NCBI RefSeq assembly: GCF_018350175.1
Contig: NC_058368.1
Location: 70,558,001-70,622,000, forward strand
Direction: 5' to 3'
Origin: Felis catus
Lineage: Eukaryota
Length of the DNA stretch: 64,000 nt
This document shows positions 1 to 11,670 of the stretch, one piece after another (the stretch's first letter is position 1; the number at the start of each line of letters is the position of its first letter). The translations under genes and the position numbers were made by a program. The notes below the pieces were generated by a model. It was not told the DNA's origin. It saw only the letters and a program-made list of their open reading frames with translations, and searched no databases.

Positions 1-1035
1 GATTGATCTGATTCTTTCTCTGATTTCTCTGGAGACCCTGTCCTTTGGCTGTGTTGTTGAGGAGAGGTAAGGTTGAGGGAAAGTTTCTGGAGTGGGAAAA
101 AATTAAATCATTGAGAAAGGAGGGGGCGGGCGAAAGCTTGGGTTCACTAGAAGAGCAAGAATTCGGTGTGCTGAGGAACTAGGCGAGCACAGATGTATCA
201 CGATAGCAGGCAGAAGCTGGTTGGTGCCCTTGAGAGGAAACCTACTCCACGGAAGAAAGGAATCGTTGCTTCTTCCCCTGGTTACCTAGTTTTATGAGTA
301 TTTGTCAGTTACTTGAAAAAAACCTTCTTGCTCTGACTCACACAGGGATTTCTAAGTTCGGTCCAGTGTCGCACATGTCATGGCCTACCACTCAACCAGT
401 GATTTTTTGCCCACCTTCTTTTTAGTTGGCTAAGCAACCATCACCTGGGCAGTTGTGTGGGCCATTTGCCCATAAAGGGGGCAGGTGGGAAACATTAATT
501 CCTAATTGTGGGAAAGAAACCTGAGGCACAGCCGGGTTGTGACCAGCACTGGCACAGCCTCTCTTCACTCCATTGGCAAAGTCAGGTTGTGTGTTCCAGT
601 AAGCTGCCACTCGGCTGTTTGTTTCACAGTCAGTATGCGCCCCAGTTCACTTAGTGAAATAAGTCTTTCTACACTGTCAGGTGATTTTTTTTCCCCAGCC
701 AGCTTTGAGTCCTAAGTTGATGGCTCACTATGTCTATGGTCAGGATTCATTTTTGGAAGGATATAGGGAACGTTGTCCAGGAAGGTGGGACACTGATAGC
801 TGCCTGAACTTTCTCAGGATAGAATCTCGCACCTGCCAGAGTGTTTATGTTCAGAGTGCGGTTGTCTGTGGTCGTCTGCAGTTGGCCTGTCTGAGGGGAC
901 CTCCCTACCCTGCCTCTGGGTTTGTGGAAGTGTGACCCTCCTGCTGACCCCATGGCACAGGCTGCTTCTGACCACCTCTCAGTAGGTCTGCAGAGGGTCA
1001 CTTACGGGACAGTGCACAGAGAACTACTTCTTTGC

Positions 1036-1250
1036 TTTTTTTTTTTTTTGAATTTTAGAGAGAGGGGGAGTGTGTGAGCAGGGGTGAGGGGCAGAGAGAG
1101 TGAGAGGGAGGGAGGGAGGAAGGGAGAGAGATCCTAGGCAGGCCCCAAGCTGAGTCTGGGCCTTGCGGCACTTGATCCCACCACCCTAGTGTCGTGATAC
1201 GAGCCGAAATCAGGAGTCAGACACTGAACCTACTAAGCCACCCAGGTGCC
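1036..1250 (-). mobile_element. CanSINE (SINEC)
   Basis: Poly-T, (GA)n linker and reverse tRNA-like head ending gccacccaggtgccc. Confidence 0.9.
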
Positions 1251-1749
1251 CTGAGAACCTCTTGAAGACAGAAAAAACAAAAACCAAAAAAATGTGTTCG
1301 CCAGTTTGTAGTTTACTTTTAGTGCCTTTGCAGCATCCTGACCTAATAGGCACTGACTGAGGAAGACCACGTCGCCTTCCATAAACACATGCATTGGCAT
1401 TGATGCAAAGGTGAAAGGGGCCTGACATTTGAATTACTTGATTAAACACCTACTTGCACATTTAGGGTTTCATATATTCCAGCTATTTTTCTTTCCCCTT
1501 TCACTGATTTTCTTTGTGTGGCTTTTGGCAGCTTTAACAAACTGAGTAGGTTGATGTGAAAGTTACCAACATGAACACAAAGGAGGTGGTAATACTAAGG
1601 ACAGGAGTTACATCACATAATATTTAGGAACTGTAAGAAAACAGAATCCCGCATAATACGCATTTCAGTGAGGAAGACAAATACTGTGTTTCCATGTGGC
1701 ATGATTTGACCTATAAGTACAATAACTGGATAATACAAAAAGATTCTTT

Positions 1750-1966
1750 TTAAAAAAAATTTTTTTAATGTTTACTTATTTTTGAGAGATAGAGACAGAG
1801 TGCGAGCAGGGGAGGGGCAGAGAAAGAGAGAGACACAGAATCCGAAGCAGGCTCCAGGCTCCGAGCTGTCAGCACAGAGCCCAGTGCAGGGCTGGAATTC
1901 ACGAACTATGAGATCATGACCTGAGCTGAACTCGGACACTTACCGACTGAGCCACCCAGGCGCCCC
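1750..1966 (-). mobile_element. SINEC_Fc-type SINE
   Basis: Full-length body; TSD aaaaagattcttt at 1737-1749 and 1969-1981. Confidence 0.93.
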
Positions 1967-2989
1967 ATAAAAAGATTCTTTGTAGTAAAGATCTCAGTCT
2001 GTGTTATCTTTATGTGCCTTTTCTCCTTAAAGTTCAAGGGAGTTTCAGGTTTTGTTTTTTGACTCATCTCATGGAAATTAGTCAGAAACATCAAATATCC
2101 TTATTTTGTGGATAAGCAGAATTCCAGAGAGATTCGATCATTTGCTCAGGGTCCTCCATCAGTATAGGTACCAAGTCAGGAGTCACAAAGGTGTCTGGGA
2201 CTCCATGCCGTCCCTCACTTGCTAACTCCTATCAAGTCAGCGGTTCCTGTGCCTGCAGCCTCCTGACTGTCTCCCACACTCGGCCTCGCCTCTACACCAT
2301 GTGTTTGTCGGTCCATCTGCCTGTCTGTATACTACTCTCACTCCCACTGCCTGCCTTCAGGCCTCTCTCCCATCTCTCTGGAGCTCCTGCCACACCTTTC
2401 ACAGTGCCTTTCAAATGCCGTACGTTGAACCCTGGGCTGATGGGAAGCTCTCTGACTCCCTGTGGCTGGGCTCTGCCTTACCCTTCAGCTGGCTCTCTGG
2501 CCATCTCCCTGTGATGCCCTGGCTCCAGCTTTCCTAAATTATGTGCACTTTTTTGACGTTCTGTGTTCTGTCACAGCTCTGTGCCTTTCTGGCACTTTTC
2601 CTTCTTTCGGACGACTCCTCTTCTTTGTCCTGTATCTTCAGCTCTTACTTTCCTTCAAGACTTAGTTCAGAGTCCACTGTGCCTGGAAGCTTCCCTGATC
2701 TTATCCTGTCCTGCTCTGTTGGAGCACCCTCCAGAAAGACAGCGTGCAGTGTCCTCGTGAGGGCACTGTGTTCTCTACTAGCACCTGTATTGTTGAGTTT
2801 ATTTTTCTGTTTGCCACCAGCCTGTGGAGTCCTGTGCATGGGAACTGTGTTAATTTTGTTTATCTCCAGCTGACCCATGACTGAGGCACAATAGACACCC
2901 ACTAAAGAATGACAGAGTCCCAGCTTTCTAGATCCTTAGGCAAAGGCTCTTTATCAGAGTTCTTGATTAGTAGTAGGAACCAGTGTCAT

Positions 2990-3180
2990 TAAGCTCAGAC
3001 TCTCCTCCAGGCACTGTTCTGGGCACTCTACGTATATTCACTCACTGAATCATCATAGAACTTTCACAAACCCATGTCCAGTGGTGAAACTAAGACACAG
3101 AGCACTTTCATGACTTGTCTTAAAGACATAGCTGTTAAATGTCAGGATTCAACCCTGGCAGTTTGGCTCCTAAAATCGTA
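2990..3180 (-). mobile_element. MIR fragment
   Basis: ccaggcactgttctgggcact...gaaactaagacacagag...ggattcaaccctggcagtttggctcc resembles the MIR core. Confidence 0.6.
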
Positions 3181-5505
3181 TTTTGTGCAAAGTGTTTTAT
3201 CCCTGGCTCCTGTTACCAAATCGATCTGATGTTACTGGTAGAAAACAGGTTAAAAATAGGAAAACATCTTAAAAGTTTAACATGTACCAACTCATCCTGT
3301 CTGAACTAGAGAGAAGAGGAGAACTGGGGAGCTGGAAGGAGGGAGAGGAGGAGGGAAATATGCTGATTTAAAGGCACTCATTAATTTACTTATATTTTAA
3401 AGTAAGTAAAAGGTTTTACAAATGAATTTAGATTTTACTATTTTTAACAATATTTCCATAAAACAATTTAGACTGAAAGAAAATGGTGACTACCTAGGAT
3501 AGCTTTGATGCTATTAATTTATATTTATGCTACTTTTTAGGTGTTTGTAGACTTTTAACAAAATATTTTTTATTCTTCTCTTTGAGCTTTCAAGACACCA
3601 CAAGGATCTTTGTTAACTCTACAGTTTTCAGATGGTTTTCACATGCATTATCTCATCTAATATTGAAGCCCTGGGCTTTACAGATTTCTTGGAAAGCTCA
3701 GGAACTACATGGGCTGGAAGGACTTGCACACCGTTAACACACTCCATGCTCTGTGGCCTTGAACCCTGCAGTAGGCCCTTACCCGTGGCAGGGAGGGAGG
3801 CATTACTTGTAAACTCCTCTGCTGGGTGGGAAGCTCTTTTTTTAAAATGCACTCTTCTTAAGGATGATGGCTTTCTCCCCTACATTTTACCCCATAGAGT
3901 GTTTCAGAACCATCCTACAGTAGATACCTAGTAAATGTCTGTGGATTTCTTAAGCGAAGGAAAGTCATATAGTGATCTGAGGTAGTGTTTATTCTAGTAA
4001 ATGATTGGTCATGTTACTAATAAGTTCTTGGAAGCTAGTTAATGTAATTTATAAGAGGCATTCCTACCCCCACCCCTACGCCCGCCCCCACCTCATGAAA
4101 GGTGAGCCAGTGAGTGAGCAGGCTTTGTGCAGCATTGTGTTCTTTGTAGCGTTATGTCTCCAAAGTATGATTGAGTCCTGGGGAGAAAGCATGAGCTGAA
4201 GTAGTAGCAGAAGCGGATCCAGACAGCAAGCACAGATAGATGTTTACCCTCCATAGACTCAGTCTTTATGTAAAATATTCTGTGAAGATCTGCAAATAAG
4301 TGTAAGAAAAATAATTCTCACAAAATGATAGGGCAAGGAAACTTATTGGATTCATCCTTTGGTAGTTTAATGGGTAGAGGGAGGAGAGAATGATAGCAGA
4401 CAGTTTTCTGGCGCTTACCTATGACAGCCAATGTGACAAGGATTTGGCAGTATTATTACTCCCGCGAGGCCACACAGTTTAGGAATAATCGAACCCAGGT
4501 CTAAGCCTGATTCCAGAGCCCATGCCCTGAACCAATACCCTGTATTGTACTTGGACTGATACCCCCTAGAGCTCCCAGACACGCCTTCCTTTAGAGGAAC
4601 TCTCCTCATAGCTTACATTTTGCCAAGAATTTCTGTTACTTCCATTCCCACCCTGGACATAAATGTTGCAAATCATTACATGTACTTCATTGTTTTGTGA
4701 CATTTTTTTAGGCACATGGAAATTCTAGAAAAAATAGACCTGTTCAGCTTTAGTGATCATCAAATAAATATAAAGCAAGCAACAGATTCATTTTACACTT
4801 ATCAAATTAATTGTTTATATTTAGAATTAAAATACTCGTGTTGGCTAAGAAGCAGTGAAGCCCAAACTGTCACTGGTTGGTGGGGAGGGGGGTGGGCAGC
4901 AAATTGGTAAAATATTTTTGTAAACCAAAGACTACCAGTTTATATATAAAGCTTTAGAAACATTTATACCCTTTGCCTAATGAATTCTAGTATTGGCACT
5001 CTGTCTGGAAAAATACTAGAAAGTATAGAAGTAATAGTGTATAGAAAAGACCTTTAGGTATATAAACATGGTCAAATAGTAGAATGTGACAACTTTTTTT
5101 GTTTCAAATTGTGCTAAATAACTTCTATACACATGCATTTAAGTGTAGGAATACTCCATTTTAAAATAATTTTGTTCCTTTCCCTTCATACTAAAGTACC
5201 CTGAAATATTGGCATTATTTGCTGATTTACACTTGATGCTGTTTTCTGTAACTGTGAGTTCACACAGAAGTACAAAGTAAGCCCCGTGTTTTGGCACAGA
5301 TTTCAGTCATGGTCCCTTGTTCTCACCTACCTCGGTATTAGCTAATTAGAACTGCCAGTCAGCGGAGACTAAACTATATTGATACGATTTTTGTTAGAAA
5401 TATTTATAGTTGTCATTGAATAGATTGTTTTCTTTACTTTATACCTTAATTAGGCTTTTAAAGTTTTATAAAATATTTAAAAGAAATGAAATATCTAGTA
5501 CTCAC

Positions 5506-5590
5506 CTCTTGGTGACTTGTTGGGACCTCCGTGCGGTAGCAGTCCGTGTTTGCCCAACTGAAGTAGGTTACTTTGGCATGTTGCTTGAGA
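5506..5590 (-). other. GPR183: Candidate non-coding first exon of GPR183 (EBI2), nested antisense in a UBAC2 intron
   Basis: The minus strand reads ...CAAGTCACCAAGAG|GTGAGTA, a consensus donor with GT at 5505-5504. A TATA-like CATAAAAG lies about 100 nt upstream. GPR183 is known to lie antisense in this UBAC2 intron with exon 1 several kb before UBAC2 exon 5. The exon end resembles my recollection of the human 5' UTR. The TSS is estimated. Confidence 0.72.
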
Positions 5591-5599
5591 GATTATGCA

Positions 5600-5715
5600 G
5601 ACATCCTTTTATGGTGGTGGCTTTTTTTGTCACGCTGTGACTGAGCATAGCAATGATTAGTTACCCTCATATATGCGTGTGCACTTTTTTTTTTTAAATG
5701 GGAAGTGAAATTTTT
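5600..5715 (-). promoter_or_regulatory. Candidate GPR183 proximal promoter
   Basis: CATAAAAG (minus, 5613-5606), ARE/MARE-like TGACTGAGCA (5638-5647) and Ets-IRF composite GGAAGTGAAA (5701-5710) in non-repeat sequence. Confidence 0.6.
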
Positions 5716-8289
5716 CTGTTAGTGATTTTTTTTTACCAGTTATCCAAAAACCCCTAGGAATTTATGCATTGCTAATATCTGTGGAACTTTATAAGTTTTT
5801 TAAATAAAGATTTAAATCAGTATTAAAAAAATTCTTTGAAAGGAAGACTAAAGCAATAAACCTTAACCAGAAAAAAAAAAAAAGAGAATTACTGATGATT
5901 TTGTATCTAGATTCTGTGTAAAAGTATGAGTTTTTAATGCTTTAAAGAAAAAAACATCAACTGTGACAGTTTTGTCTACCTGGAAACTTGATGCAGAGAG
6001 CAGTTTACTCATTCTCTATCTTAATGAGAAAGAAACAAAGGTTTCTGTGGTGAGTGGGAGAACGATGCTCTTTTGCATTGTACAGGGACAGGTGAATGTT
6101 TTCAGGATCGGTGACTGCATGGACACATGGATGACAAGCGAAGAGTTGAAGGGGGACATCTTACAGCTGATAGCCCAGTCCTTTGCAGAGGATGGAGACC
6201 TGTGCTATTCACCTTTCAGTTCTAGGTGGCTCAGTTTAAACCAGCATTAGCTATCCAAATGCAACTTCTGTGTAGGCTAATGAATAGCAGTGTAGTGGTC
6301 AGAATGAGAGAGGTGATAGTTACACTTACCCAGAACTGACCTGGCCATTCCCAGTCAGTTCTGCGTGCTGCATTTTACAAAGGGCATAGATGACCATGTG
6401 ATAGGGCTGGTAAGGGGTCTGGATCCCAGGTCTTAGGAGAAATGATTGAATACACCGAGAATGTTTAGGCTTGGCCAAGATGTGATCATCTTCCTCATGC
6501 ATTGGAAGCTGTCCCATAGAGAAGGATTTAGTTGTCTATGTCAGTCCTCCCAACTCCAGAGAATAGAAAGAAGGCCAGTAAGAGGAAGCCACTAGAGACA
6601 GCTTTCAAGTCAAAATATGAAGGTAGTTCCCAAAAGTTAGGGTCATTAAAAAAAAAAAAAATGGAAGAGGCTTTCTTATTTAGGTGCCTACATAAACTGG
6701 TTGACTGTCTTGAGGGATGACACAGAGAGAATTGAATCATTTGGTAGGTAGGAATTTGTAACTCTGACTTCACATCTTCCACTCCAGAATCTGTCAGAAG
6801 GGCCAAGGGGCTTCAGCCCCTCAGTGGTATCATTCCATCTAGAAGCTTACTAGGTTCTTCTAAGCTCTAAAATGCTGGAGATGTCGAACACTGTCAAACA
6901 GAAGAGCAACAACTACCCAATTCTTTGTTCCTCCACCTCACTGTCTGTAAAATAAAGGTACTGAAGTAAATGATTGCCAAGATAATTCCTAGTACAAAAA
7001 TCCTGAGGGGGCAATATAGATATTTTATGATTTGGTGATAAATATGATAAAATATTCTAGAATTAGTTTATTTAAAACTTGGATTGAAGAATATTTGAAG
7101 AAGACAGTGTTGAGAAGCTTCTCGATTTGTTGAAAGAACATCCTGGTGCGGTGTTTTGGTTTTTAATTTTTGAAAGAGTTTTTATTAAGTAAAGCATTGT
7201 TATATGATGAAGAACTCAACTAGGTAAAGTAAATGTTGTAGCGAACTGGATCTACCTCTATTTGGTATTAGAGTGTTTGAATATATGAAGAAAAGGGTGC
7301 AGGCTGATTGTCCTGTGAGATGCTGTGAGGGTTTAGCGTGCGTTAACTTCATGAGCCCACAAACCTTATTTTTATTGTTATTGAAAGTTACCAGGATTTC
7401 TTTTGTTGTACTATAAAAGTGCAGTCAATGTACTTTTCTGTAGAAGAGATAAGATGGACATTTGTGACCTGAACTGAGTGTTTTTTATGATTTTCTTCTT
7501 TCAAGTACAATTGTGAGTATGCAATAGATAATAAATATTAGTGACATCAGTTGAAATAGTGAATGAATGAATTAGAGCCTGTTTTCCTCTTTTCTTTACT
7601 TCACCTTCATATGTTTAAGTCAGATAGGGCTTCCAGAAGTTAGCTATTCACAGTTTGGAAAGGGTCAAACTGAATTATTGCTGACAATATACAGAACAGA
7701 TGTTGTGTCATAAAATAAGGAAAAGAGAAAAACTGGTCAGTGACTAATAACATTATGATATTTTGTGAAGTCTGTGTATATAGAAATAGCAACGGAAATT
7801 TCTACAAAACAACCTGTATATTCGTGGTCTGAAATGTGTGCTTTTGTATTACGGGTGTATGTGGTCTAGTACTTAGTCATCATTTAAAACTGTACAGTGG
7901 TTAATAACTTCTAAGGAATTTTTAAACTTCTTTTATTGGTATATAAGACATGAACTGTGGTCATTAAAAATTCCTATCAGTTTTGTCTTAGTTTACATTG
8001 AAATGTAACCTCAAATAAGAACGTGGCTTCGGATTGTCTATTGTAACATCATCCTTTACACTTTTTTGGAACTTCTATGCATTAAGTACCTCAAAGAATA
8101 TGTTCTGTGGTGAGATCTCTCAGGTACAACCAAAATAGGGCTTTCTTCTTATTACCAAGAGACCCACAGGCCATATTTTGAGTGTATATATGAAACTGTA
8201 TGTTTTAATCCCACCAAAAATAATAAAACAAGATGCTTTTTTAAATAAAAGGCAAATTCTGGGTAGTTTGCCATTTTAAAGAGAAACTC

Positions 8290-8880
8290 ATTTATTCAGC
8301 AAATATTTTTTAAGCAACTCCTCTGTGCCAGGCATGGTTTTAGAGAGTGGTGATAAAGCAATGAACAGAACGGGCAGAAATCCCAGCCTCTGTGGAGTTT
8401 CCCTCCAGTCGGGGAGATAGAGGATAAATAAGTCACACAGCAGATTAGGAGCTTATAGGTGCTGTGGGGAAAGGAAATAGAGAATGCAGAGTGGGAATGG
8501 GTCTGTGAGGTGGGGTAAGGGGTGCACTTTGGAATGAGGCAGCCAAGAAGGGCCTCTCTGAGAAGGAGCTCTTTGAGTAAAGACCGGAAGGGCGTGAGGG
8601 AGTAAATGGCACCACGTCTATGGGAAGGTGGCCAGGACAGGCACGCACCCTGGGGCACCAAGTGCCTGCTGGTGCCGGAGTGAGACATACCTTGTCCAGT
8701 GTGGCTGGGACAGCAACAGCAAGTGGTGGGGAGGTCAAGTACAAGTAGGAGTAGAAGACCAAGTCTGAGATCTGGAATGCAGGGCCATGTAGGTCTTTGT
8801 AAAGGCTTGGGCTTTTACTCTCGTCTGGGGACTCACTGGAGGATTTTATGCCCAGGAGTGATTAACTTGCACTTTTTAAC
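8290..8880 (-). mobile_element. L2 3' fragment
   Basis: ttattcagcaaatattttttaagcaactcctctgtgccaggca followed by purine-rich L2 body. Confidence 0.75.
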
Positions 8881-9434
8881 AGAAAGAATACACAGCCACT
8901 TAATCAACTTTGTTTGAGTTAAGTAAGTTGAATTGGAACAAAACAGTTTTTGTGTATTATTTAGAATGGCAATTTAAATAAGTCTCTGTTGCAAAGATTA
9001 ATTCTGAGAGGGAATGTGTAGCTCAGGGTCTGGCATGGAATAGGAAAGGAGGTCAGTTAACATTTACTAGATGAGGAAGAGAAGAATTTTCTACACAACA
9101 ACCAGAATATTCTTTCAGGAAAGACAACTACATATTTGCTTGGATTTGCTCTTGGACGTATGTCTCATTCAACTACAGTCACAAAGAGGAAGTTTGTTTA
9201 TAGAAAGCTATTGCCAACATTTTAAGCTATTTTCTCTATTATTTTACATTTCAAAGCTTGAAATTTCATGGAGAATAAAATTATTTTCTCTTGTGGAATT
9301 AGTAAACTTTGCATCTTTGCTGAATAATTCTTAAGACTGCTGAGTGTGCAGAGTTGAGAGATCAGCAGAGATGATGGTTACAAAGTAGATCAGATAGTTT
9401 TCGTTCCCTAACAAACCATTCTAAACCTGGTGAT

Positions 9435-9630
9435 GGGGACGTGTAGGTGGTTCAGTTGGTTGAGCGTCAGACTCTTGATTTCGGCTCAGGTCATGATCCC
9501 AGGGTTGTGGGATCAAGCCCTATGTGGAGCCTGCTTAAGATTCTCTCCCTCTTTCTCCCTCTGCCCCTCTCCCCCATTTGCACACACTTTCTCAAAAATT
9601 AAAAAAAAAATTTGAAAATTAAAAAATAAG
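9435..9630 (+). mobile_element. CanSINE (SINEC)
   Basis: tRNA-like head, CT linker and A-rich tail. Confidence 0.85.
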
Positions 9631-10614
9631 TCTGTGTTCATTAAAATTGCTTTGTCAGTTTTTTTATAATCAGACAAATCTTGAGAGTCAATTATGTGTA
9701 AGAATTTACATTAGGTATTAGGAGGATGCAATGCTAAATAAAATATTGTGCTTTCTGACAATTTAATAGACTTTTTAAAACACTGTATAGTTAAAATGTG
9801 ATCATAAAAATAAGCTCAAAATGGATTAGACCTGAATGTGAGGGCTGAAAGTATAAAACTCCTAGAAGACATAAGCAGTAACCTCTTTCACATGGGCCAT
9901 ACAAACTTTTTTCTAAATATGTCTTCTCAGGGAAGGGAAACAAAAGCAAAAATAAACTTTTGGGACTACACCAAAATAAACAGCTTTTGCACAGTGAAGG
10001 AAACCATCAATAAAACAATAAGGCAACCTACCAAATGGGAGAAGATCCTGCAAATGATTTATCTGATGAGGGGTTAATATCCAAAATATGTGAAGAACTT
10101 CTATAACACAACACCAAAAAGCCCCACAAATAATTCAATTTAAAAATGGACAGACAACCTGAATAGGCATTTTTCCAAAGAAGACCTACGGATAGCCAAC
10201 AGACACATGAAAAGATGCTCAGTTGTCAGGGACATGCAAATCAAAACCACAATGAGATATCATCTTAATCTGTCAGAATGACCTCAATCAAAAAGACAAG
10301 AAATAACAAGTGTTGGCAGGAATGTGGGGAAAAAAAAGAAACCCTCATACACTGTCGATGGGAATGCAAATTGGTGCCACCATTGTGGAAAACAGTATGG
10401 AGATTCCCTAAGAAATTAAAAATAGAATTACTGTATGATCAAGTAATTCCACTACTATTTACCCAAAGAAAATGAAAATGCTAATTAAAAAAGATAAATG
10501 CACCCCTGTGTTTATTGCAGCATTATTTACAATAGTCAAGATATGGAAGAAACCCAAGTGTCCATTGATAGATGAATGGATAAAGATGGAGCACACGTGT
10601 GCCCGCCCCCCCGC

Positions 10615-10663
<49 letters not shown>

Positions 10664-10710
10664 TGGAATATTAGCCATAAAAAAAAAAAAGAATAAGGAA
10701 TGAGATCTTG

Positions 10711-10843
10711 AGGGCCCTTGTTGGGATGAGCACTGGGTATTATATGTAAGTGATGAATCACTGGGTTCTACTCCTGAAACCAATACTACACTGTTATGTT
10801 AACTAAGTTGAATTTAAATAAATTATGTACTCAAAAAAAAAAA
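10711..10843 (+). mobile_element. Short L1 3' tail nested in the older L1
   Basis: gggatgagcactgggtattatatgtaagtgatgaatcac...poly-A, flanked by TSD aatgagatcttg (10699-10710) / aatgcgatcttg (10844-10855). Confidence 0.85.
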
Positions 10844-11084
10844 AATGCGATCTTGCCATTTGCAACAACATGGATGGACCTAGAGGGAATAATACTAAGT
10901 GAAATAAGTCAGAGAAAGACAAATACCATATGATTTTACTCATATGTGGAATTAAAACAAATGACCAAAGAAAACAAGAGACAAATGGAAAATTAGACTC
11001 TTTAAGAGAACAAACTGGTGGTTGCCAGAGGGGAAGTGAGTATAGAGACAGATGAATTAGGCAAGGGGATCAAGAGGTGTAAAG

Positions 11085-11670
11085 GGAGAGATAAAAACAG
11101 AAGGACCAGTCAAATATCTACTTAAAGAATATTTAGAGCCCCAAATCCCTTCCTTGCCTCAGATTGGTAGATGGTTGCCATGGCTGTTCTCACCCCAGCA
11201 GAAGTCTGGGGTTTTATTCTCTGGAGAGGTCTCTGAACTGCAGAATACTAGGCACATACCCTAACACTAGCCCTAACCCTACCCTAGATCTGAGAAAGTG
11301 GCTTCCAGAACACACAATAAGAAAAACTGAGAACCAGCCTAGTTATCCTGGAGAAGAACTGAAACAGTTAAGAATTGGTAGTATTTCTGTAAATGAGTGT
11401 GAAGGTAGACATAAAAGCAGAAGGACTAATTAAATATCTGTTTAAAGAGTACTAGAGTATCAGCTGGGTAGATGGATGCCTAGTCTGTTCTCAACCCAGC
11501 AGAAGTCTGGGGTTTTAGTCTCTGGAGAGATCCCTGAACTGCAGAATACTAGGCATACCCTAACCCCTAACCCCTATCCCTAACACCCTAACCCTGATCC
11601 CCTGGAGAGGTCTCTGAACTGTAGGATACTAAGCACATGCCTTAATTCTAACCTTAACTCTAACCCTAGA
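11085..11670. repeat. Duplicated ~320-bp segment with degenerate (CCCTAA)n telomere-like tracts, inside the L1 3' end
   Basis: Two diverged copies begin near 11091 and 11411. The sub-unit ctggagag...ctgaactg...atacta occurs three times (11221, 11523, 11603), each followed by CCCTAA-like hexamers. Confidence 0.85.

Noticed and set aside
1..5505. GPR183 or GPR18 coding sequence
   Set aside because: No ORF of about 330-360 aa with seven transmembrane segments is present. The coding exon must lie left of the window.
9838..10696. Protein-coding ORFs
   Set aside because: Frameshifted L1 ORF2 remnants.
11261..11670. True telomere or chromosome fusion site
   Set aside because: The hexamers are short, degenerate and single-orientation, embedded in an L1, with UBAC2 collinear on both sides.
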